From the NCBI GenBank assembly GCA_000002435.2, contig CM018789.1: 64,000 nt of DNA, one strand, 5' to 3'. A model generated the notes under the pieces. It was not told where the DNA came from and ran no database searches. It was given only the letters and a program-made list of their open reading frames with translations. This stretch comes from Giardia intestinalis. Lineage: Eukaryota. How positions within the stretch are numbered: position 1 is the stretch's first letter; every line of letters begins with the position of its first letter. This document shows, one piece after another, positions 17,575 through 26,769 of the stretch. Both the position numbers and the translations under genes were made by a program.

Positions 17575-18627
17575 TTAATCTTTACGAGTTTCGTTCTTTT
17601 CTAGTAGCTGATAAACGAACATACACCCGGCAGCTAAAAGAGCTAACCCAAGAACAACGAAGACAAAGCCAAGAAGAATTATTGGATTGATAGTCTGATT
17701 AATATTTTTAAGGATTGGAACACACAACCCCTGCGATGTGACATTTTGTGCGTCTCTCAGCAAATAGGAATAGCCATCCTTGCATAGCACACAAGTCTCG
17801 TAGACAATGTCTTGTGACGCCTCAATCTTGCACTCCAAGCAATTCGGGATGGTGCATAGGATACAGGCATTCTGATAAAGTGCGTAAAGGGTGTCACATT
17901 CAAGACAGACTATTGGGATTGCAGTAGTGCATCTGCGGCAATTAAGGATTGCACAGTTTGTTTCGCTAGACCTAATGCACAAGGAGTTGTCCCGCACCAA
18001 TAGGTATCCCTGATAGCAGGTGACGCATTGCTTGATAATGGATTTATTTCTATCGTTGTACAGAATCCTACAGTACTGGCAGCCGAGCATGTCGCACGCC
18101 ACACACATAGAACGACCAGAGGAGTCGCTTGGGGAGCATTCTGTACACATTCCCTCTGCACAAGCTAAACAGTCATAGTGAATATAGCTACAAGAGACGC
18201 AATATTCTTGCAAATAGTACCCCGGCTCGCAGACAGAGCAAAACTCACTTCCATCATGACAATCAATGCAATGTGGATCTGCACAAGAAATTACATCTGT
18301 TGTACACTTATCTAGTACCGGTGGATTCCCATCTGTACAGAGCTCACAGATAAAGATATCAGTACTACACTGAAGACAATTGTCTATATTGCAAGAGACA
18401 CAGTGGCCATCAATATCTGGGCCGAGGTTATCTCCATAGCACAAGACGCAGTATTCAGTGTCGTCGGATATTACACATTCGATACAGTTTTCAAGAGTAC
18501 AAGTAGTAGGGTGCGTTAATGTAGCACGCGACTGTGTAACATTCAGTATGCTGTTGGCAACTGGTGCTGCACACTGAGTATCAACTGGAGTGAAAGGAGG
18601 CCTACCAAGCGGCATATTTATTAACAT
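17575..18627 (-). CDS. High-cysteine membrane protein (HCMP-like; many CXXC/CXC motifs, single C-terminal TM, short cytoplasmic tail)
   Basis: More than 50 Cys in repeated CxxC/CxC spacing (CLQCSTDIFICELC, CIDCHDGSEFCSVCEPGYY...). C-terminal TM segment IILLGFVFVVLGLALLAAGCMFVY, then QLLEKNETRKD. It lacks the CRGKA terminus of VSPs. The track start is GTG. The first ATG is at 18627, and another at 18615 has better AT-rich context. No obvious signal peptide. Confidence 0.65.
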   Translation of the reverse strand: MLINMPLGRPPFTPVDTQCAAPVANSILNVTQSRATLTHPTTCTLENCIECVISDDTEYCVLCYGDNLGPDIDGHCVSCNIDNCLQCSTDIFICELCTDGNPPVLDKCTTDVISCADPHCIDCHDGSEFCSVCEPGYYLQEYCVSCSYIHYDCLACAEGMCTECSPSDSSGRSMCVACDMLGCQYCRILYNDRNKSIIKQCVTCYQGYLLVRDNSLCIRSSETNCAILNCRRCTTAIPIVCLECDTLYALYQNACILCTIPNCLECKIEASQDIVYETCVLCKDGYSYLLRDAQNVTSQGLCVPILKNINQTINPIILLGFVFVVLGLALLAAGCMFVYQLLEKNETRKD

Positions 18628-18791
18628 ACCCACTGAAAGAGGCCTTTACTCGACTAGAACCTGTGCCCACTAAGAGGTTTCTTCATCTCTGACACTCTAA
18701 TAGCGTTACTCCTTGTGATGTCTACCCATTCCCAGTACATCACGAACGATCCACTCTGGTCGTCGGTGTCCGCTCAGCTTTAGAAATCAAG

Positions 18792-20897
18792 CTACGCTAG
18801 CTGCTTCTTAAGGACGGCCAGTTCATTAGAAAACCTCCCTATCTCGCTCGATAGCTCCGAATATAGAAACTCTCCTGTGGTATGGTCAAAGGTAATTGGC
18901 TGTGTGACCATACCCTTTTCTGTAAAGCGGGCGCTTCTTCGAGCGTTTATGAAGCTTTCTATTGGATTGTTCTTTGATTGTACGTTGTTTCGAGCGTCCA
19001 CTGATGATGTAGGGATACTGGCTAAGGATACGGTAGGCAGAGAGCCACCAGGGGGCTCCTTTTGCGATTCACATCGCGCCTCAAGGGGTATATCTGTGAG
19101 GCCACCATCTCTCCCTTTTATTGTAAAAGTTGGGCTTCTTCTATTATAGCGCATGTTAGTGGCCTTATTACCGCCACCCATCTCATTGCCAAAGTTCCAA
19201 TCTTTATTAGTTGTAGTAATTATATCAAGATCTACACTTTGTAGATTGTCTTTATACTTAGTGATGAAAAGAGGAGTCATCTTATTTTCAACATTATTTC
19301 CGATTGAGCTGGCCCCTAGTTTTTTACTAGAAGCCAATAGATGCCGTTGGTCTGCAACTATAACTCTTGATCTGCTAAAATCATTCTGGGCTCCTGTGTC
19401 TATATGTCTCAAAGCAGAAGCTGATGGTAAAGAGCTACTCATTCTCAAAGATTTAAGAGCAGATCTAGCATTCGATACAAGGACATCTTGCTCTTCTGTA
19501 GTCATGGGTTTGTTACGAAGATCAGAGCGGAGAGCAGAGGCCGACTTTAAAGTGCTAGGCACAGCGTCCATCGGGGTTGCTGTGCTACCTTGTAGTGCAT
19601 CAAGAATAACTGCATCCGGTATTCGATCTATTAAGGAGGGTAAGACATGACAAACCCTTTTAGTTAATCCTATAAGGCCTTGGGGTTCTTGCTGTTTCTC
19701 TTGGGGAAAACTGGATTGTTGATTGTGCCGCTCAATCGTAGCCCACTTAAGGGCATCATTTTTTGATACCTCGACCAGCTTGATTGATACCTTGTGATCT
19801 GCGCTAGTTTCACCAAGTTCAAGGGCTACACGCGATTGCTCAGTGAACGAGTCCTTATCTTTTTTACTAGAATGGTCGAGCAATGAGTTTGACGTAGAAT
19901 TAATTGACTGTTTGGCAGATAGACTCCTACTACTATCCGTAACGGCATCGATATGGGCTGCACTATTGCTGAAGCTTCGTGGAGCTGGAACCAAGATAGA
20001 CTTCCTCTGTAGTGTGTCGGAACTAATAGAGCGACGAGCGGGCATCTTCTGTGCTGCTTTAGATCTCAGTGTGGTGGAATGGGCAGAAGTAAGAGAGTCT
20101 GTTAGAGGCTTGATCCCAAAGTGTGCCAATACATTTGATACAGATAGGCCTGATTCCGCTGCATCTAAAAGGAAATTCTTCTTAGCATGCATTTGTGCAC
20201 CGACAAGACCTGCTCTATGCATAGTCGATAGTAAATTACTATAGTACCCATTGCACGTAAGAGGAGCTGTTCGGAAGGGAGTATCCATCGGGGTGATAAC
20301 CGAAGAGCTATAGGAGCAGTCGGCGGCGAGAAAGTCTTCGTGCTCTTTTTCATCTTCGTGGGCATCGACAAATGTAACACAGGGCTCGTGACCCAGTGAG
20401 CTCATTGCTGTCTGCGGTGCGTCCTTTATACCAGAGCTGATGCTTAGCATCCCAGTGGTGTTAAGCGTGTCTTCGTTGGCAGTGTTATCTAAAATAGTCG
20501 GATGAGGCGAGCTTATGCCTGTCTCCAAGTGCAGTCCAGGGTGCAATGCACTCTCCTCAGATAGTTTTACGGGCTCTGCTTCTCCAGGACACAGTGTGCT
20601 ATTATTGAGGCCATCGGAGCCACATGTCAAAATGCTGGAAAACCCGGATTCGCTGGTAGTGAGCGGAAAGGAGCGATCGGTCTGCAGGGTGGTATTTGTG
20701 ATTGTGCTCATCGAAATGGTGTTATGGTTTCCATCGAATATGACGGGCCCGAAGCTCTTATTTCTAGGAGGAGGAGCTGAATTTCCTCGAGCACCAGAAT
20801 CGACAAGCTGGTCTCGGAACACGTTCCCAATGGCAAGCCGCTCCAGAAGCATTTGGTCTGTTCGTGGCTGAGCGAGGGCCCGTTCAATCCGGAGCAT
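18792..20897 (-). CDS. Hypothetical Ser-rich protein; N-terminus trimmed to avoid tRNA overlap
   Basis: The track ORF extends to 21353 through a same-strand tRNA (21206-21289) and a GC-rich Pro/Arg-rich stretch, which is implausible as coding. The in-frame ATG at 20897 (MLRIERALAQPRTDQ...) is the preferred start. An alternative ATG at 21197 lies only 9 nt from the tRNA 3' end. Confidence 0.45.
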   Translation of the reverse strand: MLRIERALAQPRTDQMLLERLAIGNVFRDQLVDSGARGNSAPPPRNKSFGPVIFDGNHNTISMSTITNTTLQTDRSFPLTTSESGFSSILTCGSDGLNNSTLCPGEAEPVKLSEESALHPGLHLETGISSPHPTILDNTANEDTLNTTGMLSISSGIKDAPQTAMSSLGHEPCVTFVDAHEDEKEHEDFLAADCSYSSSVITPMDTPFRTAPLTCNGYYSNLLSTMHRAGLVGAQMHAKKNFLLDAAESGLSVSNVLAHFGIKPLTDSLTSAHSTTLRSKAAQKMPARRSISSDTLQRKSILVPAPRSFSNSAAHIDAVTDSSRSLSAKQSINSTSNSLLDHSSKKDKDSFTEQSRVALELGETSADHKVSIKLVEVSKNDALKWATIERHNQQSSFPQEKQQEPQGLIGLTKRVCHVLPSLIDRIPDAVILDALQGSTATPMDAVPSTLKSASALRSDLRNKPMTTEEQDVLVSNARSALKSLRMSSSLPSASALRHIDTGAQNDFSRSRVIVADQRHLLASSKKLGASSIGNNVENKMTPLFITKYKDNLQSVDLDIITTTNKDWNFGNEMGGGNKATNMRYNRRSPTFTIKGRDGGLTDIPLEARCESQKEPPGGSLPTVSLASIPTSSVDARNNVQSKNNPIESFINARRSARFTEKGMVTQPITFDHTTGEFLYSELSSEIGRFSNELAVLKKQLA

Positions 20898-21201
20898 CTC
20901 CTCGAGCTGCCCGGCATCCGAACTTCCTTGTGACTCGACATACGCGGCTCCAAACCTCCGGCGGCGGAAGGAATTCTGAGCCTGGGCTCCTGATGGGTAG
21001 CAGGAAGCGTACCTAGACGGTTCGGGATGCGCTAGGGAGTCAAGAGCAGTCGGGGACCTGGACCGGGGGACTAGCGCGGGGTGGAGCGGAACGGGCCGGC
21101 GCGCCACGGCTGGCGGGGCGGGGTGGCGAGGATGGAAGCGCGGGCTGACGTGGTCGACGCGGTGGCCGGGGGGAAGCCGGACGCGCGCAGGGGGCATTGG
21201 G

Positions 21202-21205
21202 AAAA
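21202..21205 (-). terminator. Oligo-T run immediately 3' of the tRNA (putative pol III terminator)
   Basis: aaaa at 21202-21205 on the plus strand gives TTTT directly after the tRNA discriminator base. It is short, only T4. Confidence 0.35.
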
Positions 21206-21289
21206 TCCTCGCTGCCGGATTCGAACCAGCGACCGTTCGGTGACTGCGGACTCTACAGCCGAACGCTCTACCAACTGAGCTAAGCGAGG
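21206..21289 (-). tRNA. tRNA-Tyr(GUA): tRNA-Tyr (anticodon GUA) with 11-nt intron 3' of position 37
   Basis: Folded by hand. Acceptor stem CCTCGCT/AGCGAGG with discriminator A; D-arm GCTC-AGTTGGTA-GAGC (A box); anticodon stem TTCGG/CCGAA; loop CTGTAGA with anticodon GTA; intron GTCCGCAGTCA at 21241-21251; variable loop CGGTC; T-arm GCTGG-TTCGAAT-CCGGC (B box GGTTCGAATCC). A TTTT run follows immediately on the coding strand. Very similar to canonical eukaryotic intron-containing tRNA-Tyr. Confidence 0.85.
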
Positions 21290-21355
21290 CCTGAGCGCCT
21301 TGACAGCGCCAAATAAACACAAGAGGGCTTGATCTGCAGGCTTGGTGACCCAAAA

Positions 21356-21919
21356 ATGGGCATCGCCCTCGGCCGGCTCATCCAGTCCCTCTTCGGCTCC
21401 CGCCAAGCACGCGTCGTCATGGTCGGGCTCGACGCCGCTGGGAAGACGACGATCCTCCATCAGATGGCCTACGGGATGACCGTGGAGACGATCCCGACGA
21501 TGGGCTTCACCCTGCAGACAGTAAAAAAGGGCAAGCTGGAGCTCGACGTGTGGGACATCGGTGGCCAGTCCGAGTTCCGCAATATCTGGGTTCACTACTA
21601 TGTCGATAAGCACGCTGCTATCTTCGTCGTCGATGCAGCAGACCACAGTAAAGCACGCATGGAGGAGGCTCGGACGGCTCTTGAGGGCGTACTAACAGCC
21701 CCAGAGCTCTCAGGTGTTCCCATCCTCATCCTCGCCAACAAGCAGGACATAGACGGTGCCATGTCCGGGGACGCCGTGGCAAGCATGTTAGACCTACAGA
21801 ACGTCAAGGATCACGAAGTGAAGGTCGTGGAAACGGTCGGAACTACGGGAAAGGGCCTTGACGACGCCCTTAAGTGGTTGAGCACGGCTATTGAGCGGCG
21901 CTGGAAGGAGACTAGCTAA
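21356..21919 (+). CDS. ARF-like small GTPase (ARL family, closest to the ARL2/ARL3 type)
   Basis: The track start at 21329 is upstream. The ATG at 21356 (aaaaATGggc) gives an ARF-type N-terminus MGIALGRLIQSLFG, a Gly2 myristoylation or amphipathic helix. Motifs: P-loop GLDAAGKTTIL, switch II WDIGGQ (compare ARL3 LNVWDIGGQ), NKQD, and SAT-like TVGTTGKGL. Confidence 0.8.
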   Translation: MGIALGRLIQSLFGSRQARVVMVGLDAAGKTTILHQMAYGMTVETIPTMGFTLQTVKKGKLELDVWDIGGQSEFRNIWVHYYVDKHAAIFVVDAADHSKARMEEARTALEGVLTAPELSGVPILILANKQDIDGAMSGDAVASMLDLQNVKDHEVKVVETVGTTGKGLDDALKWLSTAIERRWKETS

Positions 21920-21927
21920 GTAAACAG

Positions 21928-23334
21928 CTACTTCAGCGTGTAGTCTTCTATGACCTGGGAAATGGTGATCAGGGCGTCCCGGATGACCGTCGGTGTGACC
22001 CCAAACCGTTCATAATGCCACATGTACGCACCAGCCTGCATGCGCGCTTTCATGTCCAGGACAAGATCGCCAAGAGTTCTAGAGAAAACGTTACCATTCA
22101 GAATCAAGGCAGCACTCGGAGGCACATCTTCTCTCAGATTCTCCCCTCGAAGGGAGACGGGATAATCAGACTTGCCTGGTCGGTAGTATGGGTAGAGATC
22201 GTAAAAGCTCGATTGCATGAGCGTGGAATATGCCTCTTTGATGCCTTGTCGCTGACCCTTTATATCTTGCTGCTTTGCTCGGGTATATGAATTAAGAACA
22301 GCAGGGTCTAAATCCTTCAGTTGTAGGTAGTCATCAGTGTTAACGTACCCAGAAACGAACTGCTCAGCATCAGAAGAGCGTAGCACTATGTGAGACCGCA
22401 CAAGACGAGTAAAGTAGTTCCTATCCTCAAGACGCTGTTGCCAGTCCATACACGCATCGCCCGGGCTTCCGGTTATCATTATCTGCCTGCAGCGGGAAAT
22501 AATTGATCGAAGCGTTTGATGTTGACTATCATGGGAGGGGAAGCTCGGAACCACACGTGGAGCCAGAAGCTTATAAAGCACAGAAGGCACTGTCTGCTCT
22601 AACAAGTCAGTGACAGGCCTCCGCAAGCCTGACAAGTTATAGGCCAAGGTACGCCCAATCACTGCGTTTAGCTGCATGAGGGACGGCCGTGCACCAGAGA
22701 GGCGGCTCTGTTGGTTCTTGACGATAGTGGCCGCCTCATCATTTCCGAAAAGAAGGATACCATCCGCTTCCTGGATGAGGAAAGCCAAAGAAAGACTTGT
22801 ATTGTACTGCTGCGTTAGAACCTCCCCAGAAGCAAAGGGAACAACGCAATTGCAAAGAATAGCCGACTTAGGGTAGTGGTCACGTAGATGACCTATTACA
22901 TGGCTACCCAGGCCCGACCCTGTTCCACCAGCTAGAGACAAGATGCCAAAGAACCCATCTATGTATGTGTTCGCTTCCTCAGCGTACTTCCTCACGCCCT
23001 CTAGTATTTTGGGAAGCTCTCTAGGTCCGTGCTCCATATATCCGTGGGCCCAATTGTTGCCAGAGCCAGATTGACCAAAGATAGCTGACCTTGCGTTGTA
23101 GTGAAATCTTCCATCGATAACGTCATTTTTGCCCAGGCAGGACTTCAGTATCGCCTTAGGCTCCATGTCTATCATAAGCGCCTTAGCGTATATGCTTCCG
23201 TCAGAGGCCTGTCCAAACCAAGGCGTAGCGTCGCCGTTACCTCCCGACTCCTGCAAGTAGTCCATCATGGTTGCGAAGAAAGCAGGCCCGAGCTGGTTTC
23301 CGTACTGGCCGAACTGGAGGGTCAGGGTCGCCAT
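21928..23334 (-). CDS. Delta-tubulin
   Basis: The track start at 23370 is TTG. The ATG at 23334 gives MATLTLQFGQYGNQLG (tubulin N-terminal GQCGNQ-type motif). Delta-specific identities to human TUBD1: MIDMEPKAI (LVDMEPKVI), GQSGSGNNWAHGY (GSGNNWAYGY), LSLAGGTGSGLGS (tubulin signature), VVPFASGEVLTQQYNTSLSLAFL ([23 protein letters not shown]). The stop is 8 bp from the ARL stop (convergent). Confidence 0.8.
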   Translation of the reverse strand: MATLTLQFGQYGNQLGPAFFATMMDYLQESGGNGDATPWFGQASDGSIYAKALMIDMEPKAILKSCLGKNDVIDGRFHYNARSAIFGQSGSGNNWAHGYMEHGPRELPKILEGVRKYAEEANTYIDGFFGILSLAGGTGSGLGSHVIGHLRDHYPKSAILCNCVVPFASGEVLTQQYNTSLSLAFLIQEADGILLFGNDEAATIVKNQQSRLSGARPSLMQLNAVIGRTLAYNLSGLRRPVTDLLEQTVPSVLYKLLAPRVVPSFPSHDSQHQTLRSIISRCRQIMITGSPGDACMDWQQRLEDRNYFTRLVRSHIVLRSSDAEQFVSGYVNTDDYLQLKDLDPAVLNSYTRAKQQDIKGQRQGIKEAYSTLMQSSFYDLYPYYRPGKSDYPVSLRGENLREDVPPSAALILNGNVFSRTLGDLVLDMKARMQAGAYMWHYERFGVTPTVIRDALITISQVIEDYTLK

Positions 23335-23626
23335 CTCATTAATTAATGCCTCATCAAAAATGACCCACAAAACTTTTAATCACCGAAGCATTTAAAATTA
23401 GCGCTGTAAGGCAACCTTAGAAGTGCGTCTTCTGGGAAATTCCCTGGGCGTCGGGCAGAAAGTGCCGGTCCTCTGGATTCCGGGGAGTGTCTGGTGCCGA
23501 TCGGACACTCCCTAGCCGCCACACTGACAGTTATGGTTGCAGGACAAGCTTAGCGAGTCCGAACTCGACAGGGATACTCTACAGCGTTCCTTTATTCAAT
23601 CATTGACGGGCGTGTCGCTATCACGC

Positions 23627-26600
23627 CTACTTGAACTGCATCCACGTGGCGCAACAGAGGTTACGCCGGATCCCGTCAACAGATGCGGTGATCTGACGAA
23701 TCATTCGGCCTGCTTGCGTCTCGGAGACACTAGTAGCACAAGCGCCCTGCTGACTATCGGATGCTTCCTGCCGCCGTGTTGGAGCAAATGCCCCATACCT
23801 CTTTGTGAAGGCTCCGGCTCTGGTCAGATCAACATCTGTCACAGGAATGTCATTTATTACTTCAAGGGTAGGGCAATAGTACAGACATGCCGCTCTGAAA
23901 TAGGGTCTTTTTGTAATGTCGTCATAGACGGTTAAGTAGTGAAGCCGTGCAAATGCAGAGATAAATTGAATTTGAGCGAGTGTTTTTATTCCACAATCAA
24001 GAAGCTCAATGCGTTCTATGAACTGGGATAAGTCTTGATTACTACTGAAGTCGTATATGTCCATGTTGCACCTGAAGAAAGAAAGGATTTGGATAAAGTT
24101 TCCCGTTAAATAGTTAATGTCTGTTTGCATGATATTTGTTGATATTTTGATCGGCACTACGATTAGCCCAGTTTCATGAGACATGGAATCGCTTGCTTGG
24201 TCGGCCTCGCGCGGCTCATACCCCATGTCCACAAGGTTGACTTCTTTCACGGAGATACTTGGCATTGTAAATAATTCAGGGTCTTTCTGGATCATCTTGA
24301 AAAGCAGGGTTGAGAGAGGACCAACGAGATCGACATCTTCTAAAGTTTGGACGCCCACAATGAAGACCTCATATTCCTGCGAAAGTGTCGGGTTACTGAA
24401 GTCCTTGATGTCTCTACCTTTGTGCGGCCTGAGCTCTAGCATGGGCCGGACATTCCGGGCAACGTGTGAATCTTTCATTAGGTCCATTGCGGTCGCGCGT
24501 ATCCCATCATGTGGCTGTCGTGAGATATCCTCAGAAAGATATCCCGATGTACCATCGGTTAAGCGATAAAAGTCGCTGAGCCTAGTGAATTCATAGACAA
24601 TATCATCTGCTTCTTGAGTACGCTTTGGAAAGACCTTGTAGTTAATCGTCCGCGTCTTTAAGCTCTTGATGAAAGCAGCCTCCCGCTGATTCACAAGCCC
24701 AAGTGCCTGAGGAAGAGATACGGCAGATTGAGTCGAGCGATTAGCAGAAGCGTTGTTGGCGCTTGTTGGACGTTGCTTAACGGGATTCTTCAACCTGTTC
24801 TGAGACATTCTTGATGAAACGCGATCTTTCTTCATTATGCGCTGACCCTTTTGCGCAACTGTACTGCTCAGAAGCTCGTCTAACTCATCTTTGCATAAGG
24901 TCTTTCTTGCAGCATTGGCTACTTGATCATAGCAATCCGTTAATAAGTACGTATCCCCGTCTAGCTCTCTTAATTCTTTTCCTATCAGAACAGGGTTTCC
25001 CGTTACTGAAGGTCTCATAAGAACACTGAGGGGACTCAACGATCGAAGTTGCTCTGCTGCCCCCTTAGGTGTTTGGAAGAGTGCAGGAGTGAATAGAGAC
25101 CCCACATTCTGTGCCATAGAAACGTCAGTATGAGGCTGGAGCAGATTAGTCGCTGACGAATCGCTGCAAATAGAAGGGACAGAAGACGCTGCATATGCCT
25201 TTTTGATATCTGCTTTGGAGATACAGGTGAAACTCTTGGAAGAAGGTGGAGTCACTTTCGATGGCTGTGGTGACGGCTGAGTCCGCTTTGTACTTATCGA
25301 TTCCAACTTTTTCATCAGTTTAGAAGCTGCGTCATCTATAAATGTTTTGCTATTGAATTGAACCGACTCTTGCCGTCGAGTGGCCGCGTTTTCTGAAACA
25401 GGGCGAGGTATCCTCGATGCTTGGGCCACAGATGTGGTGGACACCCGTCCGGAGCCTTTTGCTTCTGTGGGAAGAGCTTCTTCGTCCGTTGAATAGTAGC
25501 TGTATGTCTCAGTGTGACTACTCTCTATAGATTCCCCCGAAACCTTAGATCGACGAGTCTTTTGGTTTGTAAGATAGACAAGGGTGTCGTCAAGAAGCTC
25601 AGGAGGAAGTGCTTTACGAAAGTCAGGATCGGATGTACTGGTGTCAGGCATGTAGTGCTCAAACGTGAAGCCTGAATGGAGATTATGAACCGGCTTTAAC
25701 AAAAAGTTGGCTTTCTCAACCTTGACATCTGAGAACGAGAGCTGAGGGGTACCGCGCTTGGGGTCCTTATAACGCAGAACGAAGTAGTGCCTGAAGTCAC
25801 CAAAGTCTGCTAGCAAGAGAAAGGAGTGGTCTTCTGTGCTACACTTAGTCAAGTTACAACTATTGGCTAATCCTGCTAATTGACTAAAGACGTTTGAGAA
25901 GCTCTGTATTATCTGCTGATTGGACATTCGGGTGGTAAATAGAGGCTCAAACGGTATGCAGAGTGAATTGTGCTTTATTACTATCAGCTTTAAGCAAGAA
26001 ATGGATAGCAGAGGTTTCAGATCGGAAGGATCGTGCACAGCATTACCTCCAAGGTCAATCTTCAGGAGTTTTGGTAACGTCCTAGGATCGATCTCTATCT
26101 GCTCAAGCCTATTACCTCCTAAATTAAGATCCAAAAGCTTTGAAAATACGGCCTTAGTAGATGCAATAGAAGTTAGTTTGTTATTCCGCAGAGATAGAAA
26201 CTGTAAGGTTGAAGGGAAGTGTGAGAAATCAAGGACCATGGCACCAGCCAATTGGTTATCTCCCAGGTCTAGATATTTGAGGTGAGAGAGGCCGCTCAAG
26301 TCATCAATCTGAGTTAACAGGCAGTTTCGTGCTTTCAACACCCGAAGATTAGGGCAAAAGGCAGATACACCATCAAGTGTGTCTAGCTTATTACTACTAA
26401 TATCAAGATATTGTAAGCCTGGCAGCCTCAACAAGGCATCCGATAGTCTCTGAATATTGTTGGACACACATGAGAGCTTGATGACCGCAGGATCGGAAGA
26501 TTTGAGAAGAGGGAGAGCCGTGAGGCTATACCGATCTATGCTAATAGAGTCATGGTTTGCCAGGCGCTCCTCTGCGGTTCTTTCTAAAAAGATAGATGTC

Positions 26601-26725
26601 CCATCTGAAAATAGCTTTATTCTATTAGTGAGTGTTTGCCGCGGCGAAGCGTTTAGCATAGCACTACGCCCAGCTGCTGATGTCAGTGCTGGCCGACTAA
26701 GTTTGTAAGCAGACCCTGGCCGCAT
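23627..26725 (-). CDS. Leucine-rich-repeat protein (SDS22-like LRRs near the N-terminus, long S/T-rich disordered middle, LRR-like C-terminus)
   Basis: The track start at 26824 is GTG. The first ATG is at 26725 (ccaaaaaATGcgg). LRRs: LQYLDISSNKLDTL, LRVLKARNCLLTQI, LKYLDLGDNQL, LQFLSLRNNKLTSI, LLDLNLGGNRLEQI, LLKIDLGGNAV. Confidence 0.6.
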   Translation of the reverse strand: MRPGSAYKLSRPALTSAAGRSAMLNASPRQTLTNRIKLFSDGTSIFLERTAEERLANHDSISIDRYSLTALPLLKSSDPAVIKLSCVSNNIQRLSDALLRLPGLQYLDISSNKLDTLDGVSAFCPNLRVLKARNCLLTQIDDLSGLSHLKYLDLGDNQLAGAMVLDFSHFPSTLQFLSLRNNKLTSIASTKAVFSKLLDLNLGGNRLEQIEIDPRTLPKLLKIDLGGNAVHDPSDLKPLLSISCLKLIVIKHNSLCIPFEPLFTTRMSNQQIIQSFSNVFSQLAGLANSCNLTKCSTEDHSFLLLADFGDFRHYFVLRYKDPKRGTPQLSFSDVKVEKANFLLKPVHNLHSGFTFEHYMPDTSTSDPDFRKALPPELLDDTLVYLTNQKTRRSKVSGESIESSHTETYSYYSTDEEALPTEAKGSGRVSTTSVAQASRIPRPVSENAATRRQESVQFNSKTFIDDAASKLMKKLESISTKRTQPSPQPSKVTPPSSKSFTCISKADIKKAYAASSVPSICSDSSATNLLQPHTDVSMAQNVGSLFTPALFQTPKGAAEQLRSLSPLSVLMRPSVTGNPVLIGKELRELDGDTYLLTDCYDQVANAARKTLCKDELDELLSSTVAQKGQRIMKKDRVSSRMSQNRLKNPVKQRPTSANNASANRSTQSAVSLPQALGLVNQREAAFIKSLKTRTINYKVFPKRTQEADDIVYEFTRLSDFYRLTDGTSGYLSEDISRQPHDGIRATAMDLMKDSHVARNVRPMLELRPHKGRDIKDFSNPTLSQEYEVFIVGVQTLEDVDLVGPLSTLLFKMIQKDPELFTMPSISVKEVNLVDMGYEPREADQASDSMSHETGLIVVPIKISTNIMQTDINYLTGNFIQILSFFRCNMDIYDFSSNQDLSQFIERIELLDCGIKTLAQIQFISAFARLHYLTVYDDITKRPYFRAACLYYCPTLEVINDIPVTDVDLTRAGAFTKRYGAFAPTRRQEASDSQQGACATSVSETQAGRMIRQITASVDGIRRNLCCATWMQFK

Positions 26726-26769
26726 TTTTTGGATATATTTTTGATTGCCCTGCACGTATCTCTGCACGC

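Noticed and set aside
18792-21353. Full-length ORF-track call (853 aa) for the Ser-rich gene
   Set aside because: Its first ~50 codons run through a same-strand tRNA-Tyr gene and a GC-rich Pro/Arg-rich tract. I trimmed it to the in-frame ATG at 20897.
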